Below, piece by piece: positions 20,861 through 29,852 of a DNA stretch of 64,000 nucleotides; the stretch's first letter is position 1; every line of letters begins with the position of its first letter. The stretch lies in the IMG/VR virus record IMGVR_UViG_3300021431_000084; one strand, written 5' to 3'. The notes below the pieces were generated by a model. It saw only the letters and a program-made list of their open reading frames with translations, ran no database searches and had not been told where the DNA came from. The position numbers and the translations under genes were made by a program. The stretch is from a virus (lineage: Duplodnaviria > Caudoviricetes).

Positions 20861-21112
20861 TTATTCTCCAAATACCTCGTTAAGTATATCATATATTTCT
20901 TCTGGTGTATTGCAGACATCATATGCTCTCTGAATAGTGTACAGCTGTGTTAGCCAATCTGCTACTTGTCTGTCACGATCAGCATATCTTAGCTCTTGGG
21001 CTGCAGAACTATCAAAACTATCTCTTGCGAATCTATGAGCCTGCTCCACATGCTCCATAGCAGAATTTTGTAAATTTCCAATTTCCTTTTCTATTTCATT
21101 CATAATTTTCAC
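20861..21112 (-). CDS. Hypothetical protein
   Basis: Helical ORF with AGGAG RBS. Confidence 0.55.
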   Translation of the reverse strand: MKIMNEIEKEIGNLQNSAMEHVEQAHRFARDSFDSSAAQELRYADRDRQVADWLTQLYTIQRAYDVCNTPEEIYDILNEVFGE

Positions 21113-21115
21113 TCC

Positions 21116-21631
21116 TTATATAATTTCGGCTCTTTCCTTAAACTTTTCTTCAGCAAATTCTTCTGCTTTTATATCACCAGCTTTTATTATTAAACCTCTA
21201 TCTTTTCCAGATTTAGTCCAATAGTAAAATGTACCCGCATAGGCATTTTCATTTATAATAACCGTGCACTCATACACTCCATCTGCTTCTGGTAAATGAG
21301 TAACATAGCACCCATCAAAACCATTTTCCTTTTCCAGTTCACCGTGAAGATAAACATAAGGAGTTGCTTTGAAGGTATAATCTTTAACTCCTATAACCTT
21401 TACATAATCTACTATGGTAACAAAATATACACTCCAAGAACCGAAGTCGCAATAAACTTCTCCCCTGTCTCCCAACCAGCTACGAGTGAAATGAGGGTTA
21501 GAAAAACCCCATTTTTCCATTTCTTCTAAACGAGCCTTGTAATATTCTTCATAGGAGAAATATTCGCCTATTTTAGTACGACTTTTAATACCTTCTGCTG
21601 GATATTCAAGATATAACATATATTTCTTCAT
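21116..21631 (-). CDS. Hypothetical protein (RSW...DFGSWS motif)
   Basis: N-terminal half resembles 33567..33782; own promoter. Confidence 0.6.
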   Translation of the reverse strand: MKKYMLYLEYPAEGIKSRTKIGEYFSYEEYYKARLEEMEKWGFSNPHFTRSWLGDRGEVYCDFGSWSVYFVTIVDYVKVIGVKDYTFKATPYVYLHGELEKENGFDGCYVTHLPEADGVYECTVIINENAYAGTFYYWTKSGKDRGLIIKAGDIKAEEFAEEKFKERAEII

Positions 21632-21759
21632 AGGGCATATTTCTCCTTTATTTTATATATATATTATATCACAATTTTTTATTTTTGTCAATAAAGAATT
21701 TTTTGACACAGTGGTGGCTCTTTTTGGTTTTACTACATAAAGAGCTTGAAAAAGTAGGG

Positions 21760-22086
21760 TTAATTACATACTTTTAGTACAATATTTATATCTACATCTG
21801 GTTTTTGTTGAGGTGCAATAAATGTAAGCAATCCATCACAACTAAAGTTATATGTAATATAACCAAACTGCTCCATTATTTGTTTATCTTTTTCCTCATC
21901 TCCCGTAGAAACCAATCCGACTACCTGATAATCTACATTCTCCTCGGGGATATCCATTATGATACAGTACGACGATGGAACACAGTCCGCCCAATTATCC
22001 TTATTAAGCGTAAAGTAAATCTCATTTGTATCATTAGGAAATAATATAAGTTCTTTAGGTATATCAATTCTTTTAATATCTGACAT
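21760..22086 (-). CDS. Tail-associated small beta protein
   Basis: Last gene of the tail operon; L....W...G.LTF.A....P..DI.I pattern. Confidence 0.5.
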   Translation of the reverse strand: MSDIKRIDIPKELILFPNDTNEIYFTLNKDNWADCVPSSYCIIMDIPEENVDYQVVGLVSTGDEEKDKQIMEQFGYITYNFSCDGLLTFIAPQQKPDVDINIVLKVCN

Positions 22087-22097
22087 ATTAACTCTCC

Positions 22098-22853
22098 TTA
22101 TGATAAGTTCTTTATTCCTACTACTGAAGTTATAATATAGTTAGATGCAGAAGTATTTGGAGTAATATCTCCACGAGTAATACCACTTGTAGTTGCTGTT
22201 AATGAAATAGAATAACAGTTACTAAGCACCCATCCATAATTCCTACCCATAACGCCAGCAGCACGTGCGCCACCACCAACAGGCAACATACAACTTCCTT
22301 GTGGCTGTTCGGGGTAATCAGCAGTAGTTTTTAAAGTCACATAAACCCATTTGTATGCAGATAAATTAACCGATATATTGCCGGTACTACTACCACTCCA
22401 TGCAGTCACACGAGAAGCCGTAGGAACGTTTACAGTAACTTTAGAAAAACCTAATTTTCCACTCGATGGTGTATATGTACCATTTGAAGTAATAGATTTC
22501 GTTTCAGTAGCCTGATTAACGCTAACTGTTACTTTAGAGAAACCTATTTTACCTGAAGAAGGTGTGTATGTACCATTTGAGGTAATAGATTTCGTTTCAG
22601 TAGCTTGGTTGACATTAACAGTAACTTTAGAAAATCCAACTTTACCACTCGATGGGGTATAAGTACCATTTGCAGTTATTGATTTTTCTTCAGTAGAAGC
22701 ATTTACATTAACAGTTACTTTAGAATATCCGTCTGCATCGTCGCTCGTGGCATTATATGTACCATTAGCCGTTATTGTTTTCTCTTTTAAAGTGGCATCT
22801 GGGCCACTTCCGAATATAAAATACTCGTGTCCATTATGTACTATTTTTGGCAT
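22098..22853 (-). CDS. Adhesin-like tail protein with about 4 KSITxNGTYTPSSGKxGFSKVTVNV repeats
   Basis: Tandem ~31-aa repeats; MPKI..NG.EY N-terminus. Confidence 0.65.
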   Translation of the reverse strand: MPKIVHNGHEYFIFGSGPDATLKEKTITANGTYNATSDDADGYSKVTVNVNASTEEKSITANGTYTPSSGKVGFSKVTVNVNQATETKSITSNGTYTPSSGKIGFSKVTVSVNQATETKSITSNGTYTPSSGKLGFSKVTVNVPTASRVTAWSGSSTGNISVNLSAYKWVYVTLKTTADYPEQPQGSCMLPVGGGARAAGVMGRNYGWVLSNCYSISLTATTSGITRGDITPNTSASNYIITSVVGIKNLS

Positions 22854-22864
22854 ATGTTACTCCT

Positions 22865-23530
22865 TTAATGTATTCGTTTCCAAGCATACTGCCCTATCGG
22901 ATAGCCAAGTTCTATAACAGTACAGCAGGGTGCTTCTGTATTACCACCCTCTTGAAAATTTATTGGGCCAGAACCAACATGAACTCTAAATTTATAAGTA
23001 TGCTGACCTGCGGAAACACCTTTATCTAAATAAACAATACCACCATCGCCGTTATATGAATTTCCGCCACTGCATTGTACCGTTCGAACGGCTATTTGTG
23101 AGCCATCTCGAAATATGTATAGTGAAAACCAAACCGCCGTAGCTGATAGAGGGTTAGCATCTGCATCAAAAGCTAACAACACAGGATTTCCATTAGTTGT
23201 TACCACAATATTTTTATCCGTATCAACCCCGCTTGCAACATTGGTTAACCCCGTAATTCTTTCACATGCATTTGCAATATTAACCGCCGTCCAAGTTGTC
23301 CCACTTAACCACGTACTCGGATTTGCGCTTGATGAACTTGTAAGAATAGACCCAACAGGATAGATAATATCAACAATAGATGGTGCATCTGTAATCACAT
23401 AAAGAGTACCATTATTTTTCTGTTCAGATGGTAAAGCATCATATTCTGCTTGGGTTATTTCAATTGTTATAGTATTACCGGTGCCACCACTACCCGCGTA
23501 TTCTATACCATTAAGCATTATCTTAGGCAT
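22865..23530 (-). CDS. Tail fiber/baseplate-like protein
   Basis: MPKI..NGIEY, EITQAEYDAL..K.NGTLY.ITD, IYPVGSI and AWKR motifs (gp10-C/collar-like). Confidence 0.65.
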   Translation of the reverse strand: MPKIMLNGIEYAGSGGTGNTITIEITQAEYDALPSEQKNNGTLYVITDAPSIVDIIYPVGSILTSSSSANPSTWLSGTTWTAVNIANACERITGLTNVASGVDTDKNIVVTTNGNPVLLAFDADANPLSATAVWFSLYIFRDGSQIAVRTVQCSGGNSYNGDGGIVYLDKGVSAGQHTYKFRVHVGSGPINFQEGGNTEAPCCTVIELGYPIGQYAWKRIH

Positions 23531-23544
23531 ATTTTATCCCCCCA

Positions 23545-24363
23545 TTAAACGTAAGTCATTGTATTTGCTATATTAAGAGTACCGGTTGCTGTACTATAAT
23601 TATAAATTAAAACAGTTCCATCAGTTTTAATGTTAAACCTTATAGCCACATCATCCGCAGAAGGAACAAAAAGAGTCTCATAAACATCCATCTGTGGTCT
23701 AAAATTAGTGGGGAGGGTAAAGTCAAGTGTTGTATACGCTTTAGCAGTTAAATTTTTTGGATCAACAATACGCACAATCTTAATTCCATTTATTTCAGTA
23801 AAATAAAATTTTCCATAATTAGAGGTTCTTTGATCAAATACCTCTACCCATCCGTATTGAGTATAATCAACCATTCTCCAAGACGTACCATCATAAGTAA
23901 ATGATATAACTTGATTATTATTCCACGATTCATATGGATTTGTGCTAGGACTTACAGTGCCATATCTATAAATAAGTTTTGCCCCTGTACCACTAACATT
24001 GAGTGTTGGAGAAGTAGCACTATTTGAATTGATAAATAATACTCTAATAGATACGCCTGCAATAAGATTAGTTGAAGAAAAACCCAATATATTTACTTCC
24101 TTCTCCGCCACATCGGCATTTGTATTACAAACACCATAAAAAGCAGTATCAACAGAAGAAGAACTGTCTGTAATACAGTACATAGTACCATTGTTTTTCT
24201 CGTCTTCACTCAAAGCATCATAATCGGCTTGAGTGATTTCTACTATCTTTCCTTCGATTTCATCTATTTTATCAGCTACAGTTTTCGTAGGACTATATTG
24301 TACTTGATTGGCAGTAGTAGCTGTACCGCCATATTCTATTCCATTTCTTATTATTTTTGACAT
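23545..24363 (-). CDS. Tail fiber-like protein
   Basis: SKIIRNGIEY, EITQADYDAL, PTLNVSGTGAK..YDG..W, TLP..FRP C-terminus. Confidence 0.65.
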   Translation of the reverse strand: MSKIIRNGIEYGGTATTANQVQYSPTKTVADKIDEIEGKIVEITQADYDALSEDEKNNGTMYCITDSSSSVDTAFYGVCNTNADVAEKEVNILGFSSTNLIAGVSIRVLFINSNSATSPTLNVSGTGAKLIYRYGTVSPSTNPYESWNNNQVISFTYDGTSWRMVDYTQYGWVEVFDQRTSNYGKFYFTEINGIKIVRIVDPKNLTAKAYTTLDFTLPTNFRPQMDVYETLFVPSADDVAIRFNIKTDGTVLIYNYSTATGTLNIANTMTYV

Positions 24364-24440
24364 ATGATGGTCTCCTTAAATATCTGAAAGTTTCAAAACC
24401 ATTGACGGAACATATAGAATCAAGTTCTTAGTTATTCTCC

Positions 24441-24956
24441 TTATTCCGAAATCCACCAACCCTGCCCCCATAGCCTCATATTTGCGGTCGGAGAATATAC
24501 TTGTATAAGACCATCGGTTGTGATTCGGCATTCTGCATTATTGAAGCCTCCTGCTTCATCTACTAAATAGAACTCCATTATTCCCTTTGGTTTATGACCT
24601 TCAGGAACTGTTGCCTGAGTCACCCACCCTGAACCAGCATTTACCGTAGCGAAATAGAGTCTCAAAGAGTGAATTTTTCCGTAAATCGTACATTGATTGT
24701 CCCTCAGTGCCGCACTTCCTGTGGTCGTTACAAAATTATTAACAAACTGCGTCGTTAGCATTTCCGCCACACTCGTATTATCACTCGTACTCATAGCTAT
24801 TTCAGTAGCTAAAGGAGCACCTGCTTGTGCATCAGTAATATAGTAGTCAACTCCATCAGTCAATTTACTTGAGGGTAAAGCATCATATTGAGCTTGTGTA
24901 AGTTCTACTGAATTATCTCCAAAGTATTTTATTCCATTTCTGATTATATATCCCAT
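24441..24956 (-). CDS. Tail fiber-like protein
   Basis: YIIRNGIKY, ELTQAQYDAL, VPEGHKP..I..DG.I. Confidence 0.6.
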   Translation of the reverse strand: MGYIIRNGIKYFGDNSVELTQAQYDALPSSKLTDGVDYYITDAQAGAPLATEIAMSTSDNTSVAEMLTTQFVNNFVTTTGSAALRDNQCTIYGKIHSLRLYFATVNAGSGWVTQATVPEGHKPKGIMEFYLVDEAGGFNNAECRITTDGLIQVYSPTANMRLWGQGWWISE

Positions 24957-24959
24957 AGA

Positions 24960-26009
24960 TTATGCATCCTTTATATATAAAACATCTAAACGTAGTGTTG
25001 TGGTAAGACTTCCCGTGGTATTGTTCCTATAGTAAACTCTTGCAGTAGATGAATTAGCCAAATAGAAGTCAGAATATGCCAAACCTGATGTACCACTACC
25101 TGTAATACCGACAATCCCGATTGCAGTATATCCAGCTTTTGTAATTGTAATATCCACATAGCTATTTGTCGCTGCAGCTATTACAAATTGAGCAGAAGCT
25201 ACTCGCGTTACACTGAATAAATTTCTAACGATAGCAGAAACAGTATCGGAACTTGCTTTGTCTGCAACTTCATCAATAGCACCCTGAACATTAGTAGCAC
25301 TTAAACTGCTATCAGAATTATCATACATTACTTGAGAAGCGGTAGCTACATTTGGATTATTAGTATCTTTGATATAATAAGTAACATCTGATTCTAAAGT
25401 TCCGGCTTGCTCCCAAGTATCATATTGAGCTTGTGTACACTCTATATAAGTAGTCTTGTCATCTAATGTATCGGATAATGATGTACTTCCATTAAATGTA
25501 AGATCTCCTGCAATAGTTTCATTACCTTGCCAGTCAAGTGTACGAGCATTGGAACGAGTATTAGCAGTACCGTTACCTATGATTTCTGCGTAAGTATTAT
25601 TATTGTCTGCAATATTATATCTACCACTCACATGTTGGGCAGACCCCGCTGCAATTGTATGGTTTCCTTCAGCATGAGAATAAACACCACTTGTGGTTGT
25701 ATAATTTCCTTCAGCATGTGAACTACTACCAGAAGCAGTAGTTTGTGACCCTTCTGCATGAGAATAATAACCAGAAGCAGTAGTTTGTGACCCTTCTGCA
25801 TGAGAATGATTACCAGAAGCAGTAGTATTATAACCTACAGCCACAGAATCAGCACCAATAGTAGTACTAGCTTTTCTATTTAAACTCAAACTACCACTAC
25901 CTGTTGGATTAACCTTATCCATCTTGTTAGATAAATCACTACGGGCTTTAAGGTCTTTAATATCATACTCATTACCATCAGGTGTTGTTATCTTACTAAT
26001 ATCAGCCAT
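24960..26009 (-). CDS. YadA-like head (SHAEG repeat) tail fiber protein, short
   Basis: About 4 TTASG.xSHAEG repeats; SNARTLDWQGNE; TQAQYD motif. Confidence 0.75.
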   Translation of the reverse strand: MADISKITTPDGNEYDIKDLKARSDLSNKMDKVNPTGSGSLSLNRKASTTIGADSVAVGYNTTASGNHSHAEGSQTTASGYYSHAEGSQTTASGSSSHAEGNYTTTSGVYSHAEGNHTIAAGSAQHVSGRYNIADNNNTYAEIIGNGTANTRSNARTLDWQGNETIAGDLTFNGSTSLSDTLDDKTTYIECTQAQYDTWEQAGTLESDVTYYIKDTNNPNVATASQVMYDNSDSSLSATNVQGAIDEVADKASSDTVSAIVRNLFSVTRVASAQFVIAAATNSYVDITITKAGYTAIGIVGITGSGTSGLAYSDFYLANSSTARVYYRNNTTGSLTTTLRLDVLYIKDA

Positions 26010-26022
26010 ATTATCACCTCAT

Positions 26023-26574
26023 TTACGGAGTATATGACACAGTACCACTTGCAGGTGTGCCTGTGAATGTGGGGGCGGTTGCTTCATACTCCGCATCACC
26101 CGTTTTAGCTTGAACCGCCGTGGCAAGAGTAGGAACTGCACCAGCTGTAATAATAAGTCTCTCACCCTGTACGGTGTATGTCGGCATAGAGCCTGCATTT
26201 GTAACACCTGTAATAGGTGTCGTAGCACCTGCTGTCTTTACAGAAATACCTGGGGCGGACACATTACCTGTTGCTACTGTACTTACGGATACGCCGTCCT
26301 TATAAGCGAGTGCCCCAAGTGCCCCAAGGTCACCAAAAGCTGCCCAAGCCGTACCATCAAATATAAATTCACTATTACCATAAAGGGCAATGCCACCTGC
26401 TTCTGCTGTCACACTCTCCCCATTTATCGTAATGGGGTTAGTTGTTGAACCGTCGGAAAGAGGTGTTGTTGTTTTACCGAGGTACTTTGTAAAGCCCTCA
26501 AGATTGTCAACACGACTATCTCTTAAATCATATACGCTACCACTCGGCAATTCGATTTGACTTAAATTTGGCAT
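26023..26574 (-). CDS. Tail fiber-associated protein
   Basis: YLG.TTT.L.DG.TTNPI.I.G, W...GDL..LG.LAYKD, PTFTGT. Confidence 0.6.
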   Translation of the reverse strand: MPNLSQIELPSGSVYDLRDSRVDNLEGFTKYLGKTTTPLSDGSTTNPITINGESVTAEAGGIALYGNSEFIFDGTAWAAFGDLGALGALAYKDGVSVSTVATGNVSAPGISVKTAGATTPITGVTNAGSMPTYTVQGERLIITAGAVPTLATAVQAKTGDAEYEATAPTFTGTPASGTVSYTP

Positions 26575-26587
26575 AATTAAATCTCCT

Positions 26588-27085
26588 TTACTTTGTTGTA
26601 AATATCAACCGTTTATCATTATTAGGATCTATATAACACCTAACTTTATCGTTCCAAAAATTTCTTTCTTCTTGAGTTATGTGAATGACAGTATTATTAA
26701 TGTGTTCAACAATCTCATCGTCAGTAAACGGTAAATCAATTAAATATGCTTTACCATCACCGATCTTAATAGCAGGCTTTCCATCTCTATAATCTGAATA
26801 AATATAAATAAACCCTGCTTTAGAAAGAGTTTTTGGTTTACTGTTCCATGTTGCTGTTGAAGCATACAATACTTTGCAATCTCCTCCTTCAACAACATAA
26901 ACAGTACCAAAAGATGCTTCTAATGGTAAATTTTCACCAAAGGAAATATCAAGAGTCTGATCAATACCATAATCAGCATCAATAACTTCATTTGTCTTTA
27001 AATCAACATTTACATTAGGTGGTGATGATCCTATTTTTGTATCTAAACTTGGATTAGAATTAAAATTAATTGGGAGTTCATTCAC
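26588..27085 (-). CDS. Tail protein with hyaluronidase/Mtd-N-like module
   Basis: W...P......G.IYIY....KIGDG...L.DLPF; H..N..IHIT..ER..WN.K. Confidence 0.6.
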   Translation of the reverse strand: MNELPINFNSNPSLDTKIGSSPPNVNVDLKTNEVIDADYGIDQTLDISFGENLPLEASFGTVYVVEGGDCKVLYASTATWNSKPKTLSKAGFIYIYSDYRDGKPAIKIGDGKAYLIDLPFTDDEIVEHINNTVIHITQEERNFWNDKVRCYIDPNNDKRLIFTTK

Positions 27086-27398
27086 TTATAACGCCTCCCT
27101 TATAAACTTCTATAATAGATATAGACTTAGCTATACAAGCCAAAGCCGTTCCATCAGTCATTAAAAGACGAATTTGAAATAACGCACCACCTTCTTTTAG
27201 TCCTAAAGTATCATTTTGACTAAGAGTAACTTTTATGGTATGTGTGTTAGCATCAATATTAACATCTTCAATCTTTTTATCAACCACAACTCGCTTGTAT
27301 TGAGAAATATAAACCCAGATTTCGGCAACCTTGGTCAAGTCTATATCTGATTTTACATTTATTGTTATTGTTGGGGTTGTCCCTCGAATTATTTCCAT
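27078..27398 (-). CDS. BppU-like baseplate protein
   Basis: IIRGTTPT....V.LSQ.DTL.L..G....QIR pattern. Confidence 0.6.
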   Translation of the reverse strand: MEIIRGTTPTITINVKSDIDLTKVAEIWVYISQYKRVVVDKKIEDVNIDANTHTIKVTLSQNDTLGLKEGGALFQIRLLMTDGTALACIAKSISIIEVYKGGVISE

Positions 27399-27423
27399 AG
27401 ATTACCTCTTTTCTGAAAAATGA

Positions 27424-28095
27424 TTAAGTGAATTTATAACCTGTTAATACATACAATGATCCAGAGCCATAATGAGCAAAATTTATACCATCATTACTTG
27501 CCCACATTGGACCATTGGTATTATTATAACCATGGCCTACAAAACTGGTTGTTGATATTAATTCATTTACGTTGGGTTTAACTAAAAATGGACCTACTTC
27601 ATCTACATTACCACTACCAGAAATGACAGATATAAAATCATAATTGTTAATATTTTCTTCTAATACTATATTACTATTGGTACTACCGGAATGTAATATT
27701 GTTTTTGTTATTGTTTTATTCGTGCAATTAAGCCCTTCTATTTTTGAGATGAATGTATCACGATACCATCTGCGAGTAAGTGTGGTTCCATCTGTCGGAG
27801 TTATACAACAGCCTCTAGAACTATTGGATGGACAATGTGGGAAAAATCCCATATATATATTTAAATTATTACAAAGTTCATCAAATTCTTCTGGCGAAAA
27901 TATATATTCCTGATAGTTATAATATACATCACTATTGTTATATAAAGTAACTTTTAGAAAATCATAATTATGATAATCATCAGATAATGCATAAGAAGAA
28001 TCACTATAACCACTACCAGTAAATAATGTTGTTATAGAGAATATAGGCCCAGTATCTCCACCACCAGACTCTTTAACACTTCTAAAATATGCCAT
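27424..28095 (-). CDS. Tail-tip/receptor-binding-like protein
   Basis: Two TTL(F/H).G....L.D/E...NYDF repeats. Confidence 0.55.
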   Translation of the reverse strand: MAYFRSVKESGGGDTGPIFSITTLFTGSGYSDSSYALSDDYHNYDFLKVTLYNNSDVYYNYQEYIFSPEEFDELCNNLNIYMGFFPHCPSNSSRGCCITPTDGTTLTRRWYRDTFISKIEGLNCTNKTITKTILHSGSTNSNIVLEENINNYDFISVISGSGNVDEVGPFLVKPNVNELISTTSFVGHGYNNTNGPMWASNDGINFAHYGSGSLYVLTGYKFT

Positions 28096-28109
28096 GTTTA
28101 GTTACCTCC

Positions 28110-28913
28110 TTAATTAAGCCATCTAAACTTAAAGGAATTGATAGTACCTCTTTGGAATCTGCTACTATCATCTTTTGTACCACCAACTGTTAATGTGTTA
28201 GAGTCGTCAAGTGTATTATCCCAAGCTACAGAATATAAAATCTCATCTTCCATATTGTAGAAAATTAAATTTTGTCCATTTTTAAGAATTCGTATTTGTA
28301 ATGTTGTTAAATTAGCTAATGCAGATATTGTATTAGCGTTAAACATCCATCTTACAGAAGAACTTGTACTTTCATGAATAACACTTAATAATTGTCGATT
28401 AGCATATTCTAAAGACCAACGGTAAACATTGTCAGTATCGTTTATTGTAGTATCTAATAACATTTCCCAATCACGAGTTCTATTAGCTTCACTTCTTAAT
28501 TTAATTCCAGTATCTACATAAGAGGAAGCATCATAATCACTTAATTCATAATCATAAATAATTGGGTCATTATCATTGAAAAATACTAATTTTACTCTCA
28601 TATCAGAAGATTGAGCAGGATATGTTAGTACAGCATTACCACTATTTAATCTATTAGATGTATAATTTACTCCATCAATAGAAGTATATACATCAACAGT
28701 TGAATCTGGCGTAATATCTGCATTATAAATAGTTACTGATGTTTCTCCAGCGGGTAACTTGCCAAGAGCAGTTTTTCTACCTGAAGAGTTTCTATTTTCC
28801 CACTTATCTTCAGTTTCGTTATATGTTACAACTTGTCCATCTGATAAATTTGAAAAATTAACATCAGATAATTTGCTTAATTTTTCATTTTTTTCGGTTT
28901 TTGTCCAAGCCAT
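28110..28913 (-). CDS. Tail protein with C-terminal LamG/ConA-like domain
   Basis: LSKLSDV.F..L.DGQV..Y.....KW.N and L.AGETSVT segments shared with the 973-aa protein; YVDTG, L.VGG..RF..G.I..F. Confidence 0.6.
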   Translation of the reverse strand: MAWTKTEKNEKLSKLSDVNFSNLSDGQVVTYNETEDKWENRNSSGRKTALGKLPAGETSVTIYNADITPDSTVDVYTSIDGVNYTSNRLNSGNAVLTYPAQSSDMRVKLVFFNDNDPIIYDYELSDYDASSYVDTGIKLRSEANRTRDWEMLLDTTINDTDNVYRWSLEYANRQLLSVIHESTSSSVRWMFNANTISALANLTTLQIRILKNGQNLIFYNMEDEILYSVAWDNTLDDSNTLTVGGTKDDSSRFQRGTINSFKFRWLN

Positions 28914-29048
28914 TTATTTTCTCCTTTCTTGCGGCGAGCTGGTCCTGAGAACTTTTTAATTAGTTCTTGAGTATCTCAGGACCACCGGCCGCACGTTCTT
29001 TAATAAAAAGACTTATGTAATTTCAAGATAATTATTAATTAACATGAT

Positions 29049-29345
29049 TTACGCGGAAGGTAGTCCTGTTTCTGAGCTTCCTCCACAAGCTGTGATTCCT
29101 GCATCATAGTCTATCATCGAAGTTCCAAGAGCGTTCTCCTGTTCTTTATTGAGAAGATAACATCCATCGAACCACTGCGAAAGCGGCATTATCTTTCCCT
29201 GCTCCATCATGGAATGGAAATTACCTGCACCGATTGCATTCTGCACCCACGGTGTAATGTTGTTCTTCTTCTTGCCCGAAGAGAAGTCAATATGCTTGAA
29301 CTTATCGTAAGAAAATTGAAGTTCTGTATATCCCTGTAAAGCCAT
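29049..29345 (-). pseudogene. Truncated N-terminal fragment homologous to 11478..13112
   Basis: LQGYTELQF...KNNIT...IMPLSQWFDG...ITACGG aligns by eye with IKGHTKIIL...DNMIT...LLPIRQLFGG...LVAHAG, then stops at 98 aa. Confidence 0.55.
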
Positions 29346-29350
29346 TCTGT

Positions 29351-29842
29351 TTATCCTCCTGTTGTAAATCCTGTCAGATTGAAAATTTCATAGTTAGCAT
29401 CGTAAAGAGTTTCTTTTGTCGCTTCGGTCTCTCCCCCAATCGCCATCGAGCCTATGAAATTCAAATAGCAATTCGTGTGCGAGCCTGTCCATCCATAGAA
29501 TATTTCTATCGTATCGCCTGCATTGAAATCAATAGCCGTGAAATCATCAAGAGTAACTGTCGAGCTTGTCGGAAGAGCCTTATTGTAAACCTCCGTTCCG
29601 TTCTTCTCTACCGATAGATATGCGTGATTGCTTCCGCAGTTCGTGATAGCGGTCGAAGCCGTATCCATCATAAAAGAACCACTCGAAGTGCAATCTATGT
29701 GTAAAAAAGGCTTGGCAGGATTTAGGTCATACAAGCCTGTCGCTCCATAAGAAAAATGAAGAGCAACCGAAGAAGCTCCGCCGCCGCTCCCCAGATGCAC
29801 ATTCCCGAAAATCGTCTGTCCGTTTATTATTGCTTTTGCCAT
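29351..29842 (-). CDS. Small tail-tip-like protein
   Basis: MAKAIINGQTIFG N-terminus resembling the family motif; AGGAGG RBS. Confidence 0.55.
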   Translation of the reverse strand: MAKAIINGQTIFGNVHLGSGGGASSVALHFSYGATGLYDLNPAKPFLHIDCTSSGSFMMDTASTAITNCGSNHAYLSVEKNGTEVYNKALPTSSTVTLDDFTAIDFNAGDTIEIFYGWTGSHTNCYLNFIGSMAIGGETEATKETLYDANYEIFNLTGFTTGG

Positions 29843-29852
29843 TTTAGCCTCC